Made by a program: the position numbers and the translations under genes. Source: Thermoproteus sp. (GTDB taxonomy: Archaea; Thermoproteota; Thermoprotei; Thermoproteales; Thermoproteaceae). Taken from it: a stretch of DNA of 24,000 nucleotides. Below, in pieces: positions 7,346 to 14,602 of the stretch; the first letter of the stretch is position 1, and each line of letters opens with the position of its first letter. The notes under the pieces are model-generated. The model had not been told where the DNA came from, searched no databases, and was given only the letters and a program-made list of their open reading frames with translations. The stretch spans positions 1 to 24,000 of the forward strand of contig JBEULO010000067.1 of NCBI GenBank assembly GCA_041287225.1, read 5' to 3'.

Positions 7346-8163
7346 AGATAGTCGAGATAAGGACCGACAGAGGCCTCGCCAAGTCAGGCCTGCCCGAATA
7401 CGACTACGCCTTGAATCCATATCTCGGCTGTCTACACGCCTGTCGTTACTGCTACGCGAAGGACTTCACCAGAGGCGAGCCCGGCGAACATTGGGGCGAG
7501 GTCGTCTACGTCAAGGTCAACCTCCCCGAGGTCTTGGCCCGTGAGGTGAAGGCCTACAGTCCCGGCGTCGTGGGGGTATCGACCATAACGGACCCCTATC
7601 AGCCCGTCGAGGCCAAATACAGGCTGACTAGGAGGTCGCTGGAGGTGTTGCTCCAGGCGGGCTTCAAGGCCTCGATACAGACCAAATCGACCTTCGTGCT
7701 GAAGGACATGGACCTCTTTTTCGTCTATAGGGATAAGGTGGACGTGGGGATCACTATCACCACATATAGGGAGGAGGCGGCCCGCCTCTTGGAGCCGAAG
7801 GCCCCTCCCCCTAGGGCCAGGGCGTATGCCCTACATATGTTGTCGGAGCTCGGCGTCAAGACTTGGGTGTTCCTAGGCCCGTTGCTCCAGGGGGTCAACG
7901 ACGGCGAGGAGGACTATATGCCGGTGTTGGAGGTCGCCAAGAAGACCAAAAGCGAGGTGATCATCGATAGGTATCGGCCGAGGCCGGGCGCGGACTCCAT
8001 GTTGTCGGCCCTGGGGCTCAGGCCGCGCATCGACAGGGGCTGGTGGGCGAGGAAGGCGGGGGAGATAAAGGCGAGGTGCGTCGAGCTGGGCGTCGTGTGT
8101 AGGACCGCAGAGGAGGAGTGGGCCGCGGCCAGGAGAGCCGACGACTTGAGGAGGTACCTATAG
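7342..8163 (+). CDS. Radical SAM protein, SplB-like (DNA repair photolyase-type family)
   Basis: 273 aa. The Cx3Cx2C cluster motif sits in LNPYLGCLHACRYCYA near the N-terminus, as in the spore-photoproduct-lyase-like group. Its GTG start overlaps the TGA stop of the ATPase gene (GTGA), which indicates co-transcription. Confidence 0.85.
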   Translation: MKIVEIRTDRGLAKSGLPEYDYALNPYLGCLHACRYCYAKDFTRGEPGEHWGEVVYVKVNLPEVLAREVKAYSPGVVGVSTITDPYQPVEAKYRLTRRSLEVLLQAGFKASIQTKSTFVLKDMDLFFVYRDKVDVGITITTYREEAARLLEPKAPPPRARAYALHMLSELGVKTWVFLGPLLQGVNDGEEDYMPVLEVAKKTKSEVIIDRYRPRPGADSMLSALGLRPRIDRGWWARKAGEIKARCVELGVVCRTAEEEWAAARRADDLRRYL

Positions 8164-8889
8164 CCTCCTCTCGGGCCATTTGATCGCAAATTGGAGCTGG
8201 GCCAGAGTGCCCAAGACCACGTCGGGCTTCTCCTCGGGCGTCCTGAGCTCCATCTTCTTGCCTCTACTCACAATTACCGTATACATCCCGGCCTCCCTGG
8301 CCCCCGGCACATCGGCATGGGCCTTATCGCCTATGTAGACCGCCTGCCAGGGCTCCAGCCCCAGTTTGGCCAGGGCGAAACTGAAGGGGGCCGCGTAGGG
8401 CTTCGTGTAGCCCGTATCCTCGCCGGCCACTACGACCAAGTCGAACAGCTCCAGCGGTATCCCGCTCCTCCTCAGCCGCTCCCTCTTGAGGCCGGGCACT
8501 CCGTCCGTGTCGGTTATTATGCCGAGTCTGACCCTCCCCCTCAAGAAGTGGAGGAGGACCAACGCGTCTTTGTAGGGCCTCGCGGCGGTTATATACTCCG
8601 AGAAATATATATCGGTCAGAGTCGCCCCTATCTCTTCGTCGTATATAAAGCCGAGCCTCTTGAAGAGCTCCCTCCATCTGGCGTCCCTCTTGTATTCGTG
8701 CATGACGTCGAACTCCTCGTCTATTTGGGCTATCAAGTCGGCGGTCTTGTGGAGCCTAACGCCGTAGCGCTCCGTCAAGAACTTAGCGACGGCGAATTGG
8801 GCCCTCTTCTTGGCCTCTACGTCGTCGACCAACGTGCCGTCGAAGTCGAAAAGGGCGGCTTTAATCACGGACCCAATAACGCCGCCCAA
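8158..8889 (-). CDS. HAD-superfamily hydrolase (phosphatase)
   Basis: Motif I FDFDGTLVD, motif II ITDT, and motif IV IGDKAHADVPGAREAGM. The ORF-track start is TTG 8889. The in-frame GTG at 8868 (giving MIKAALFDFDGT) sits about 24 nt from the TATA box and is the more likely start. It is convergent with the radical SAM gene, with a 6-nt overlap. Confidence 0.85.
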   Translation of the reverse strand: MGGVIGSVIKAALFDFDGTLVDDVEAKKRAQFAVAKFLTERYGVRLHKTADLIAQIDEEFDVMHEYKRDARWRELFKRLGFIYDEEIGATLTDIYFSEYITAARPYKDALVLLHFLRGRVRLGIITDTDGVPGLKRERLRRSGIPLELFDLVVVAGEDTGYTKPYAAPFSFALAKLGLEPWQAVYIGDKAHADVPGAREAGMYTVIVSRGKKMELRTPEEKPDVVLGTLAQLQFAIKWPERRL

Positions 8890-8896
8890 TAAAAAA
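8888..8896 (-). promoter_or_regulatory. TATA box of the HAD hydrolase gene (TTTTTTATT on the minus strand)
   Basis: Centred about 24 nt upstream of GTG 8868. Confidence 0.45.
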
Positions 8897-8988
8897 CTTG
8901 AGTTGAAGAGGGCCCTCTACCTCAATACGGCGCGGCCAGTAGGAGGTAATACGTATCAGTTGCACGCGGCCGAATTCCGACGCCTGCG

Positions 8989-9212
8989 GCCCGGCCGCCG
9001 ATTTGCCTCAAACCTCACCGCCGGCAACAAAGCCAATAACCCCCTTCGGGAAGTTGAGACAAGAAGCGCCGATTGCTCGGCCCGCCGGCTAGCCCGGGCC
9101 GGCAGTTGCACGCCCGGGCGCGGGCCGTCCCAAGGCCGCAGACGCCTTGGGACCCCCAGCCATCCGGGGCGCCCGGACAGACGCGAGGTGGGGGCAAGTC
9201 GAAGAGTCGGGC
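8989..9212 (+). ncRNA. Candidate structured non-coding RNA (about 225 nt), class unassigned
   Basis: This is a very GC-rich spacer between divergent genes, and its ORFs are only Arg/Pro/Gly-rich junk. A long-range closing helix pairs 8989-8995 with 9206-9212, 8999-9009 with 9191-9201, and 9012-9016 with 9185-9189. That is 23 bp including 3 G.U pairs valid only in the plus sense. Internal hairpins are 9127-9136/9144-9153 (10 bp), 9163-9168/9172-9177, GGCCCGC/GCGGGCC at 9079-9085/9120-9126, and a CUUCGG tetraloop at 9044-9049. An AT-rich box at 8946-8957 lies about 35 nt upstream, and the oligo-T tract GTTTTTATT at 9221-9229 lies just downstream. Strand is uncertain, because some internal stems fold better in the minus sense. 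Confidence 0.45.
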
Positions 9213-9221
9213 ATCATGAAG

Positions 9222-9229
9222 TTTTTATT
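9222..9229 (+). promoter_or_regulatory. TATA box of the dehydrogenase gene (TTTTTATT), possibly also the terminator of the upstream RNA candidate
   Basis: Centred about 24 nt upstream of the second ATG (9250) and only about 18 nt from the first ATG (9244). Confidence 0.4.
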
Positions 9230-9243
9230 CTCGACGGAGTCTC

Positions 9244-10104
9244 ATGTCCATGCGCGTAGGCCTTATAGGGCTCGGCGTGATGGGCTGGCGCATCGCCGCC
9301 AATCTCAAATCCGACGGGCTGTTGTCCGTCGTATATAATAGGTCTAGAGAGAAGGCCTTGGAGTTCTCTAAGAAATACGGCGTGGAGGCCGCCTCTACGC
9401 CGGCCGAACTCGTCAAGAAGGTCGACATGGTCATAACCGTGCTCTCCGACGACGAGGCCGTGGCGCAGACGGTATCCTCCTTATTGCCCGACATCTCCGG
9501 CAAGATGTTGGTGGATATGTCCACCATATCGCCGACCACCTCGCAGGAGCTCGCGGCGCGCGTGGCGCAACAGGGAGGCGTTATGTTCGACGCGCCGATT
9601 ATAGGCACATCCGTCGCGGTGGAGAAGAGACAAATCGTAGTGTTGGTGGGAGGCCCCAGGGAGAAATACGGGACCGTCGAGGACGTGTTGAGGCGTACGG
9701 CCAGCGCTGTGGTCTACGTGGGGCCTAACGGATATGGCCTCTACGCCAAATTGGTCAACAATCTGCTCATAGGGGCCTATGTGGCGGCCATGGCCGAGGC
9801 GTTTAATTTCGGCTTGAAGGCCGGGCTGAGCCCCCAGTTCCTCGCAGAGCTCCTGACCAGATACAGCTCTGCCCGCTCGCCTACGAGCGAGCTGAAGGCT
9901 CCCAAAATGGCCTCCGGCGACTATTCGGTCCAGTTCGCCATGAAGCACATGAGGAAGGACTTGGAGTTGGTACAACAAGAGGCGAGGAGGCTAAAGGCCG
10001 CGGTCCCGCTGTCGGCCATATCGCTACAGCTCTACAGGCTGGCCGAGAGCCTCGGCCTCTCGGAACAAGACTTCGCGGCGATCTTGGAGTTGTTCAAGAA
10101 ATGA
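9244..10104 (+). CDS. NAD(P)-dependent 3-hydroxyisobutyrate / 6-phosphogluconate dehydrogenase-family oxidoreductase
   Basis: N-terminal Rossmann motif VGLIGLGVMGWRIAANL, a mid-protein GTSVAVEKRQIVVLVGG, and a C-terminal helical domain with KDLEL. The family assignment is by motif. The likely start is ATG 9250 (MRVGLIGLG). Confidence 0.85.
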   Translation: MSMRVGLIGLGVMGWRIAANLKSDGLLSVVYNRSREKALEFSKKYGVEAASTPAELVKKVDMVITVLSDDEAVAQTVSSLLPDISGKMLVDMSTISPTTSQELAARVAQQGGVMFDAPIIGTSVAVEKRQIVVLVGGPREKYGTVEDVLRRTASAVVYVGPNGYGLYAKLVNNLLIGAYVAAMAEAFNFGLKAGLSPQFLAELLTRYSSARSPTSELKAPKMASGDYSVQFAMKHMRKDLELVQQEARRLKAAVPLSAISLQLYRLAESLGLSEQDFAAILELFKK

Positions 10105-12983
10105 GCTGGGAGGCGCGGCTGGAGCCGCTCAGAAGGCGCGTCTTTTTCGTCTTGGCCTCCTCCTTTAGGGACGTCAAAAGGCTTGAGTGGAGGGACGGCG
10201 GCCTCGACGTGGAGGGGGGCGAGGGCGCGTGCCTCTTCTTCAAGGACAGGAGGGGCTCCGCGTTAGTCCTCCTCGACGGGAGGCCCTACTTCGAGCTGGA
10301 CTCCGCCCACTTCTACGTGCCTCTGCCTCCCGGAAGGCATAAAGTGGAGCTCCGCCTGAGCCCCTACGCCGATTTCGGCCAGAAGGTCGCCCCGAGCCCC
10401 GGCGTCCCCATATACGCCGAGAGGGACGAGGCCGGGTTCAGGCTGTGGGCCTACGCGGCTACGGCTTTGGAGCTGGCCGAGGCGCTGGGGCCAGGGCACC
10501 CAGCGGCGGAGGACCTGCTGTCGCTCCTCGACTCGGCCCTCAGGGGCTTGTTCCTAGGCGTGTCTATAGGCCAGATGGAGGTGGCGATCATGTTCGATAG
10601 GCGTTATTCCCAATACCTCGAATACATGCCGCCGGGAGTCGGAGAGGAGGCGGGCTACAGAGAGGCGCGGCCCGACTTCGAGGGCGCCCTCGCCAAGTTG
10701 AGGGAGGGCCTGGCGGAGTTGAGGAGGCGTTACGGCAAGAGGGGCGTCCTGGCGGCCTTCGGCCACGCCCATATAGACGCCGCATGGCTGTGGAATTTCG
10801 ACGAGACTAAAAGGAAAGTGGAGAGGACCTTCTCGACGGTCTTGACCCTCATGTCCCGCAGGAAGTTCAGATACGTACAGAGCAGTTCGCTCTACTACGA
10901 GTGGGCCGAGGAGGCCGGGCTTATGGACGCAATAAGGGGGGCGGTCGAGGAGGGCCTTTGGGTGCTGGCTGGAGGATATGTGGAGCCCGACACCAATTTG
11001 GTCTCCGGGGAGTCTCTGGCCAGGCAGATGTTGTACTCCCAGAGGTACTTCCTCGAGAGGTTTGGAAGGACCGCCGAGGTGCTCTGGCTGCCGGACAGCT
11101 TCGGCTTTTCGGCCCAGTTGCCCCAAATAGCGAGGCTCTCCGGCTTTAGGCTCTTCGCCACACACAAGACAGCTTGGAACGACACCAATAGGTTCCCCCA
11201 CAACGAGTTCCTCTGGGTCGCCCTGGACGGGACCTCCATCCCGGCCGTCGCCTTCGGCTTCGGCAAGGGCGGCTACAACGGCGACTTCACGGCCAGGTCG
11301 GTGTTGGAGCAGTCCCGCTCGTGGGGCGGCGAGGGGCCGGTGCTCTACTCCTTCGGCTGGGGCGACGGAGGGGGCGGCCCCACCGAGGAGATGTTGTACA
11401 GGGCCGAGGCCGTCGACGAAATGCCAGTGCTCCCGTCAGTACAGCTGACAGGCCCCTACGAGCCGAGGCCCAAGGCGGTGTGGAGGGGCGAGCTCTACTT
11501 GGAGGCCCATAGGGGCGTCTATACCTCTCACAGCAAGATGAAACGACTACACGCAGAGGCCGAGAGGTGGCTCAAAGAGGCGGAGCTCTGGAGCGCCCTG
11601 GCGGGCATCGAGTTCGACTCCAAGCCGTTGTGGAAAGTCCTCCTAAAGGGCGAATTCCACGACGTCCTGCCTGGGAGCGCCATATACGACGTATATAGGA
11701 CCGTCTACGCCGAGCTCGAAGAGGCGATTAACAAGGCGAGGGCCCAGGCCGAGAGGGCCGCGGCGGCTCTGGCGGGTCCCGGCGACTCGCCCCTCGCGTT
11801 TAACCCCCTGCCATGGAGGCGGCTGGAGTACGTCCAGGCCGACGTGGAGGGGTGCCAGAAGGTGGAGGGCGGATGTATCGCGCCGGTGGAGCTCCCCCCG
11901 CTCGGCTACGTCGAGGTGAAGTCCGCGCGGGTTGAGGACAGGGCCCGCGCCTATGTGTCCAGCTCCGACTACGTGTTGGAGAACGGGCTGTTGATGGTGG
12001 TAATCGACGGGAGGACGGGCGCCTTGAAGTCCATATACGACAAGGAGGCGGGGCGCGAGGTCTTGAGGGGCGAGGGCAACGTCTTCGTGGCCCACGAGAA
12101 CATGGGCGTGTGGGACGCTTGGGATGTCGAGCAGGGCTTCGAGAGGTGGGGGCTGAGGGCTTCCCTCCAACAGGCGGAGGTGGTCGAGTCGGGGCCCTAT
12201 AGGGCCTCGGCGAGGCTCCACTTCAATTTCTTGAACTCGACTGTGGTGGAGGAGGTGAGGCTCTACGCGGGCAGCAGGCGGGTCGAACTAGCCGTGAGGA
12301 CGGCCTTGAGGGATCGGGAGAAGCTCTTAAAGCTTTGGTTCGACCTGGACCTCAATGTGGACGAGGCCACCTTCGAGGTGCCTTTCGGAAACGTGGAGAG
12401 GCCCACCACGGCCAACACCAGTTGGGAGGAGGCCAAGTTCGAGGTGCCGTTCCTCCACTGGTTCGACCTCTCGGAGGCCGACTACGGCGTATCTTTCTTC
12501 TCCGACTCGAAGCACGGCGCGACCGTCAGGGGGTCCAGAGTGGGCATATCGATCGCCACTTCCCCCATCTTCCCCGACCCGCTGGCCGACGTGGAGGAGG
12601 ACGAGGCGCTCATCGTCGTCTATCCCCATATGGGCGACTGGAGGGACGCCTCTGTGCCTAGAGAGGCCTACTCGGCGATATACAAGCCGTTGGTGGTCCG
12701 CGGGAGGGCCGGCGCCAAGTCCTTCGGCGAGTTGCAAGGCGACAATTTGCTCCTAGAGGCCGTCAAGAGGGCCGAGGACGGCGGCGGGCTGGTCTTTAGG
12801 ATATACGAGGCCTACAACAAGAGGGGCCGCGGCCTTTTGAGGTTGTGGAGGAGGCCTTCGGGGGCCGTCTCGACGGACCTTTTGGAGTCGGGCCGCGTCG
12901 AGAGGGGCGTGGAGATTAGAGACGACGGGGTGCAGTTCTCCTATAGGAACTACGAGATCGTCACGTTGAAAATTTTATTATAG
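10101..12983 (+). CDS. GH38-family alpha-mannosidase
   Basis: 960 aa. It has the GH38 N-terminal catalytic signature GHAHIDAAWLWNFDETKRKVERTFSTVL, then WLPDSFGFSAQLPQI and HRGVYTSHSKMK. Its ATG overlaps the dehydrogenase stop (ATGA). Confidence 0.9.
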   Translation: MSWEARLEPLRRRVFFVLASSFRDVKRLEWRDGGLDVEGGEGACLFFKDRRGSALVLLDGRPYFELDSAHFYVPLPPGRHKVELRLSPYADFGQKVAPSPGVPIYAERDEAGFRLWAYAATALELAEALGPGHPAAEDLLSLLDSALRGLFLGVSIGQMEVAIMFDRRYSQYLEYMPPGVGEEAGYREARPDFEGALAKLREGLAELRRRYGKRGVLAAFGHAHIDAAWLWNFDETKRKVERTFSTVLTLMSRRKFRYVQSSSLYYEWAEEAGLMDAIRGAVEEGLWVLAGGYVEPDTNLVSGESLARQMLYSQRYFLERFGRTAEVLWLPDSFGFSAQLPQIARLSGFRLFATHKTAWNDTNRFPHNEFLWVALDGTSIPAVAFGFGKGGYNGDFTARSVLEQSRSWGGEGPVLYSFGWGDGGGGPTEEMLYRAEAVDEMPVLPSVQLTGPYEPRPKAVWRGELYLEAHRGVYTSHSKMKRLHAEAERWLKEAELWSALAGIEFDSKPLWKVLLKGEFHDVLPGSAIYDVYRTVYAELEEAINKARAQAERAAAALAGPGDSPLAFNPLPWRRLEYVQADVEGCQKVEGGCIAPVELPPLGYVEVKSARVEDRARAYVSSSDYVLENGLLMVVIDGRTGALKSIYDKEAGREVLRGEGNVFVAHENMGVWDAWDVEQGFERWGLRASLQQAEVVESGPYRASARLHFNFLNSTVVEEVRLYAGSRRVELAVRTALRDREKLLKLWFDLDLNVDEATFEVPFGNVERPTTANTSWEEAKFEVPFLHWFDLSEADYGVSFFSDSKHGATVRGSRVGISIATSPIFPDPLADVEEDEALIVVYPHMGDWRDASVPREAYSAIYKPLVVRGRAGAKSFGELQGDNLLLEAVKRAEDGGGLVFRIYEAYNKRGRGLLRLWRRPSGAVSTDLLESGRVERGVEIRDDGVQFSYRNYEIVTLKILL

Positions 12984-12998
12984 GCGCAAATATGGTAC

Positions 12999-13020
12999 GG
13001 CCCTCGCCCCGCGAGAGGCC
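12999..13020 (+). other. GC-rich hairpin in the mannosidase-nagA spacer
   Basis: GGCCCUCGC-CCC-GCGAGAGGCC forms 9 bp with one bulged A. It begins 16 nt after the mannosidase stop, and no T-tract follows it. Confidence 0.35.
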
Positions 13021-13064
13021 CGGAGGGGCCGCTATGAGCGGGAGCTCCCTCGCAGCGGCGCCTC

Positions 13065-14171
13065 ATGCGCTTTAAGTTCGACGTGTTGTATACTCCCTTC
13101 GAGGTCCTCTACGACGTAGTGGTAGAGGCCGTTGGGGGACACATCGTTGATATAACCGACGGCGGCGACTACGACGTAGATTTTAGCGGATATGTAGCGG
13201 CGCCGGGGCTCGTGGACACCCACACCCACGGCTGTTGCGGAGTCGACTTCACGAGCTCTCCCCACATGCTCGAAGAGCTGGCCAAGGCCTATTTGAGGCA
13301 CGGCGTAACTTCCTTCCTCCCAACTACCGTCTCGGCCGAGAGGCCGGTCTTGGAGAGGGCGCTCGAGGCCGTCAAGTCCCACGTGGGGAGGGGGGCGAGG
13401 GTCTTGGGGCTACATATGGAGGGGCCCTTCATAAATCCAACAAGGAGGGGGGCCCAGCCGCCCGCGAGGGCTGTAGATCTGGAGGAAGCCGGCCGCTACG
13501 TCGCCTCTGGCGTCTTGAAGGTGATGACCCTAGCGCCGGAGGTGGAGGGCGGGCTCGAACTGGTCAAGCTCCTAGCTAGATCCGGCGTGGTGCCCAGCGT
13601 GGGCCACACCGATGCCGACTACTCCACCGCGAAGAAGGCGGTTGCCCTCGGCGCGTCTAGAGCCACTCATATATTCAACGCCATGAGGGAATTTAGGCAC
13701 AGAGATCCCGGGCCCGCCCTGGCCCTCTTGGAGTCCCAACACGTATATGTGGAGTTTATTGCCGACTTGGTGCACCTCTCGCCTGAGGTGGTGAGGCTGG
13801 TCCTATCCATGGCGGGGCCCAGGAGGGCCGTGGCGGTCACGGACTCTATAGCCGCCGCAGGCCTCGGCGACGGCGTTTACTCTCTAGGAGGCATGGAGGT
13901 CGTCGTAAGCAAGGGGAGAGCCGTCTTAGGCGACGGGACGCTCGCCGGAAGCACAGCCACATTGGACCAGATATTGAGGAACTTGATCTCGATCGGCGTA
14001 GACTTGAAGACGGCGCTGGCCGTCATGACGCAGACCGCCGCCGAATCTATAGGGGCCAGGGGCGTGGGGTGTTTGAGGCCCGGCTGTCTGGCAGACATCG
14101 CGATTTTCGATAGGGAGCTTAGGCCCGTTGCATCTATAGTCGGCGGGGAGGTCCTCTGGAGTGTAACATGA
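13065..14171 (+). CDS. nagA: N-acetylglucosamine-6-phosphate deacetylase
   Basis: 368 aa. Amidohydrolase metal motifs match NagA: GLVDTHTHG, HMEGPFINP, VGHTDADY and ATHIFNAM. Confidence 0.9.
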   Translation: MRFKFDVLYTPFEVLYDVVVEAVGGHIVDITDGGDYDVDFSGYVAAPGLVDTHTHGCCGVDFTSSPHMLEELAKAYLRHGVTSFLPTTVSAERPVLERALEAVKSHVGRGARVLGLHMEGPFINPTRRGAQPPARAVDLEEAGRYVASGVLKVMTLAPEVEGGLELVKLLARSGVVPSVGHTDADYSTAKKAVALGASRATHIFNAMREFRHRDPGPALALLESQHVYVEFIADLVHLSPEVVRLVLSMAGPRRAVAVTDSIAAAGLGDGVYSLGGMEVVVSKGRAVLGDGTLAGSTATLDQILRNLISIGVDLKTALAVMTQTAAESIGARGVGCLRPGCLADIAIFDRELRPVASIVGGEVLWSVT

Positions 14172-14369
14172 GTATAATCGAAGTAAAATGGAGATGTAGA
14201 TACTCTTTTAGACTTTAATTATATTTATATTTAGGCTCTTTTAATAAATAATAAGCACTTCTCATGTCAATTTCATAAGATCTTGAATTTACATAGAGAT
14301 AAATATTTGCTTAAGCAAAAGGTTTTTATAGCCATATCTCAAAGCGTCACATGATGCTGGACGAAATAT

Positions 14370-14579
14370 GTGAAGGAATCCCCGACGCGCGAGAACGCGC
14401 AAAATGCAGAGAAAGAGCTACGAGAACTCTATGGAGCTTGCTGGTATCTTGGGGGCGCGTATAAGAAAGCGGCCATCAACACGGATTTTTTAGCGGACGC
14501 GATCCAAAATACGTCTTTTAACTATCCTCTTAGATGCGGCCAGCCTGTCGGCGTTGAGCCCACAATATACTTAACTTAA
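14370..14579 (+). CDS. Hypothetical 69-aa ORF of doubtful reality
   Basis: It has a GTG start and no recognisable motifs. A competing 37-aa ORF (ATG 14351 to 14464, in another frame) is better placed relative to the TTTTTATA box. Either, both or neither may be real. Confidence 0.25.
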   Translation: MKESPTRENAQNAEKELRELYGACWYLGGAYKKAAINTDFLADAIQNTSFNYPLRCGQPVGVEPTIYLT

Positions 14580-14595
14580 TATACTCTGGAGTATA
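14580..14595. promoter_or_regulatory. Palindromic putative operator overlapping the vapB promoter
   Basis: TATACTC-TG-GAGTATA is a 7-bp inverted repeat lying 8 nt upstream of the vapB GTG (14603). It overlaps the TATA-like TTAATATAC (14576-14584). AATATACT also occurs twice in direct orientation (14564-14571 and 14578-14585). Confidence 0.4.
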
Positions 14596-14602
14596 TACCT
14601 AC

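Larger units (their letters stand above)
14172..14602. other. Strongly AT-rich non-coding or weakly coding islet
   Basis: Composition drops abruptly after the nagA stop, with only 13 G/C among the 60 nt at 14221-14280. It contains the 14-bp perfect palindrome TTTGCTTAAGCAAA (14306-14319) followed by TTTTTATA (14323-14330). Only short ORFs of uncertain reality are present. Confidence 0.6.

Noticed and set aside
8900-9220. Archaeal SRP (7S) RNA as the identity of the GC-rich spacer. The size is about 300 nt, with GNAR-type tetraloops (GCAA, GAAG) and an Alu-like helix/UGCAAC/helix arrangement on the minus strand.
   Set aside because: I could not find the near-universal helix-8 motif (GNAR loop followed by the AGCA asymmetric loop) on either strand. 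The Alu-like element would also sit about 80 nt from the 5' end, which does not fit SRP topology. The idea remains testable with a covariance model.
9196-9226. A minus-strand C/D-box sRNA starting at AUGAUGC (reverse complement of 9213-9219).
   Set aside because: There is no CUGA D box at the right distance (only CUUG and CUGU) and no C' box. The spacing does not fit.
8810-9259. The 149-aa plus-strand ORF and the 60-aa minus-strand ORF (9015..9197) covering the HAD-dehydrogenase spacer.
   Set aside because: Both are Arg/Gly/Pro-rich with no motifs, as expected from random translation of very GC-rich DNA. The 149-aa ORF also overlaps the HAD gene start. The region is better explained as structured RNA or regulatory DNA.
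14172-14360. A replication origin in the AT-rich islet.
   Set aside because: There are no repeated ORB or mini-ORB-like elements and no adjacent orc1/cdc6 or whiP gene. The only notable repeat is a single 14-bp palindrome next to a TATA-like box, which looks more like a promoter and operator.
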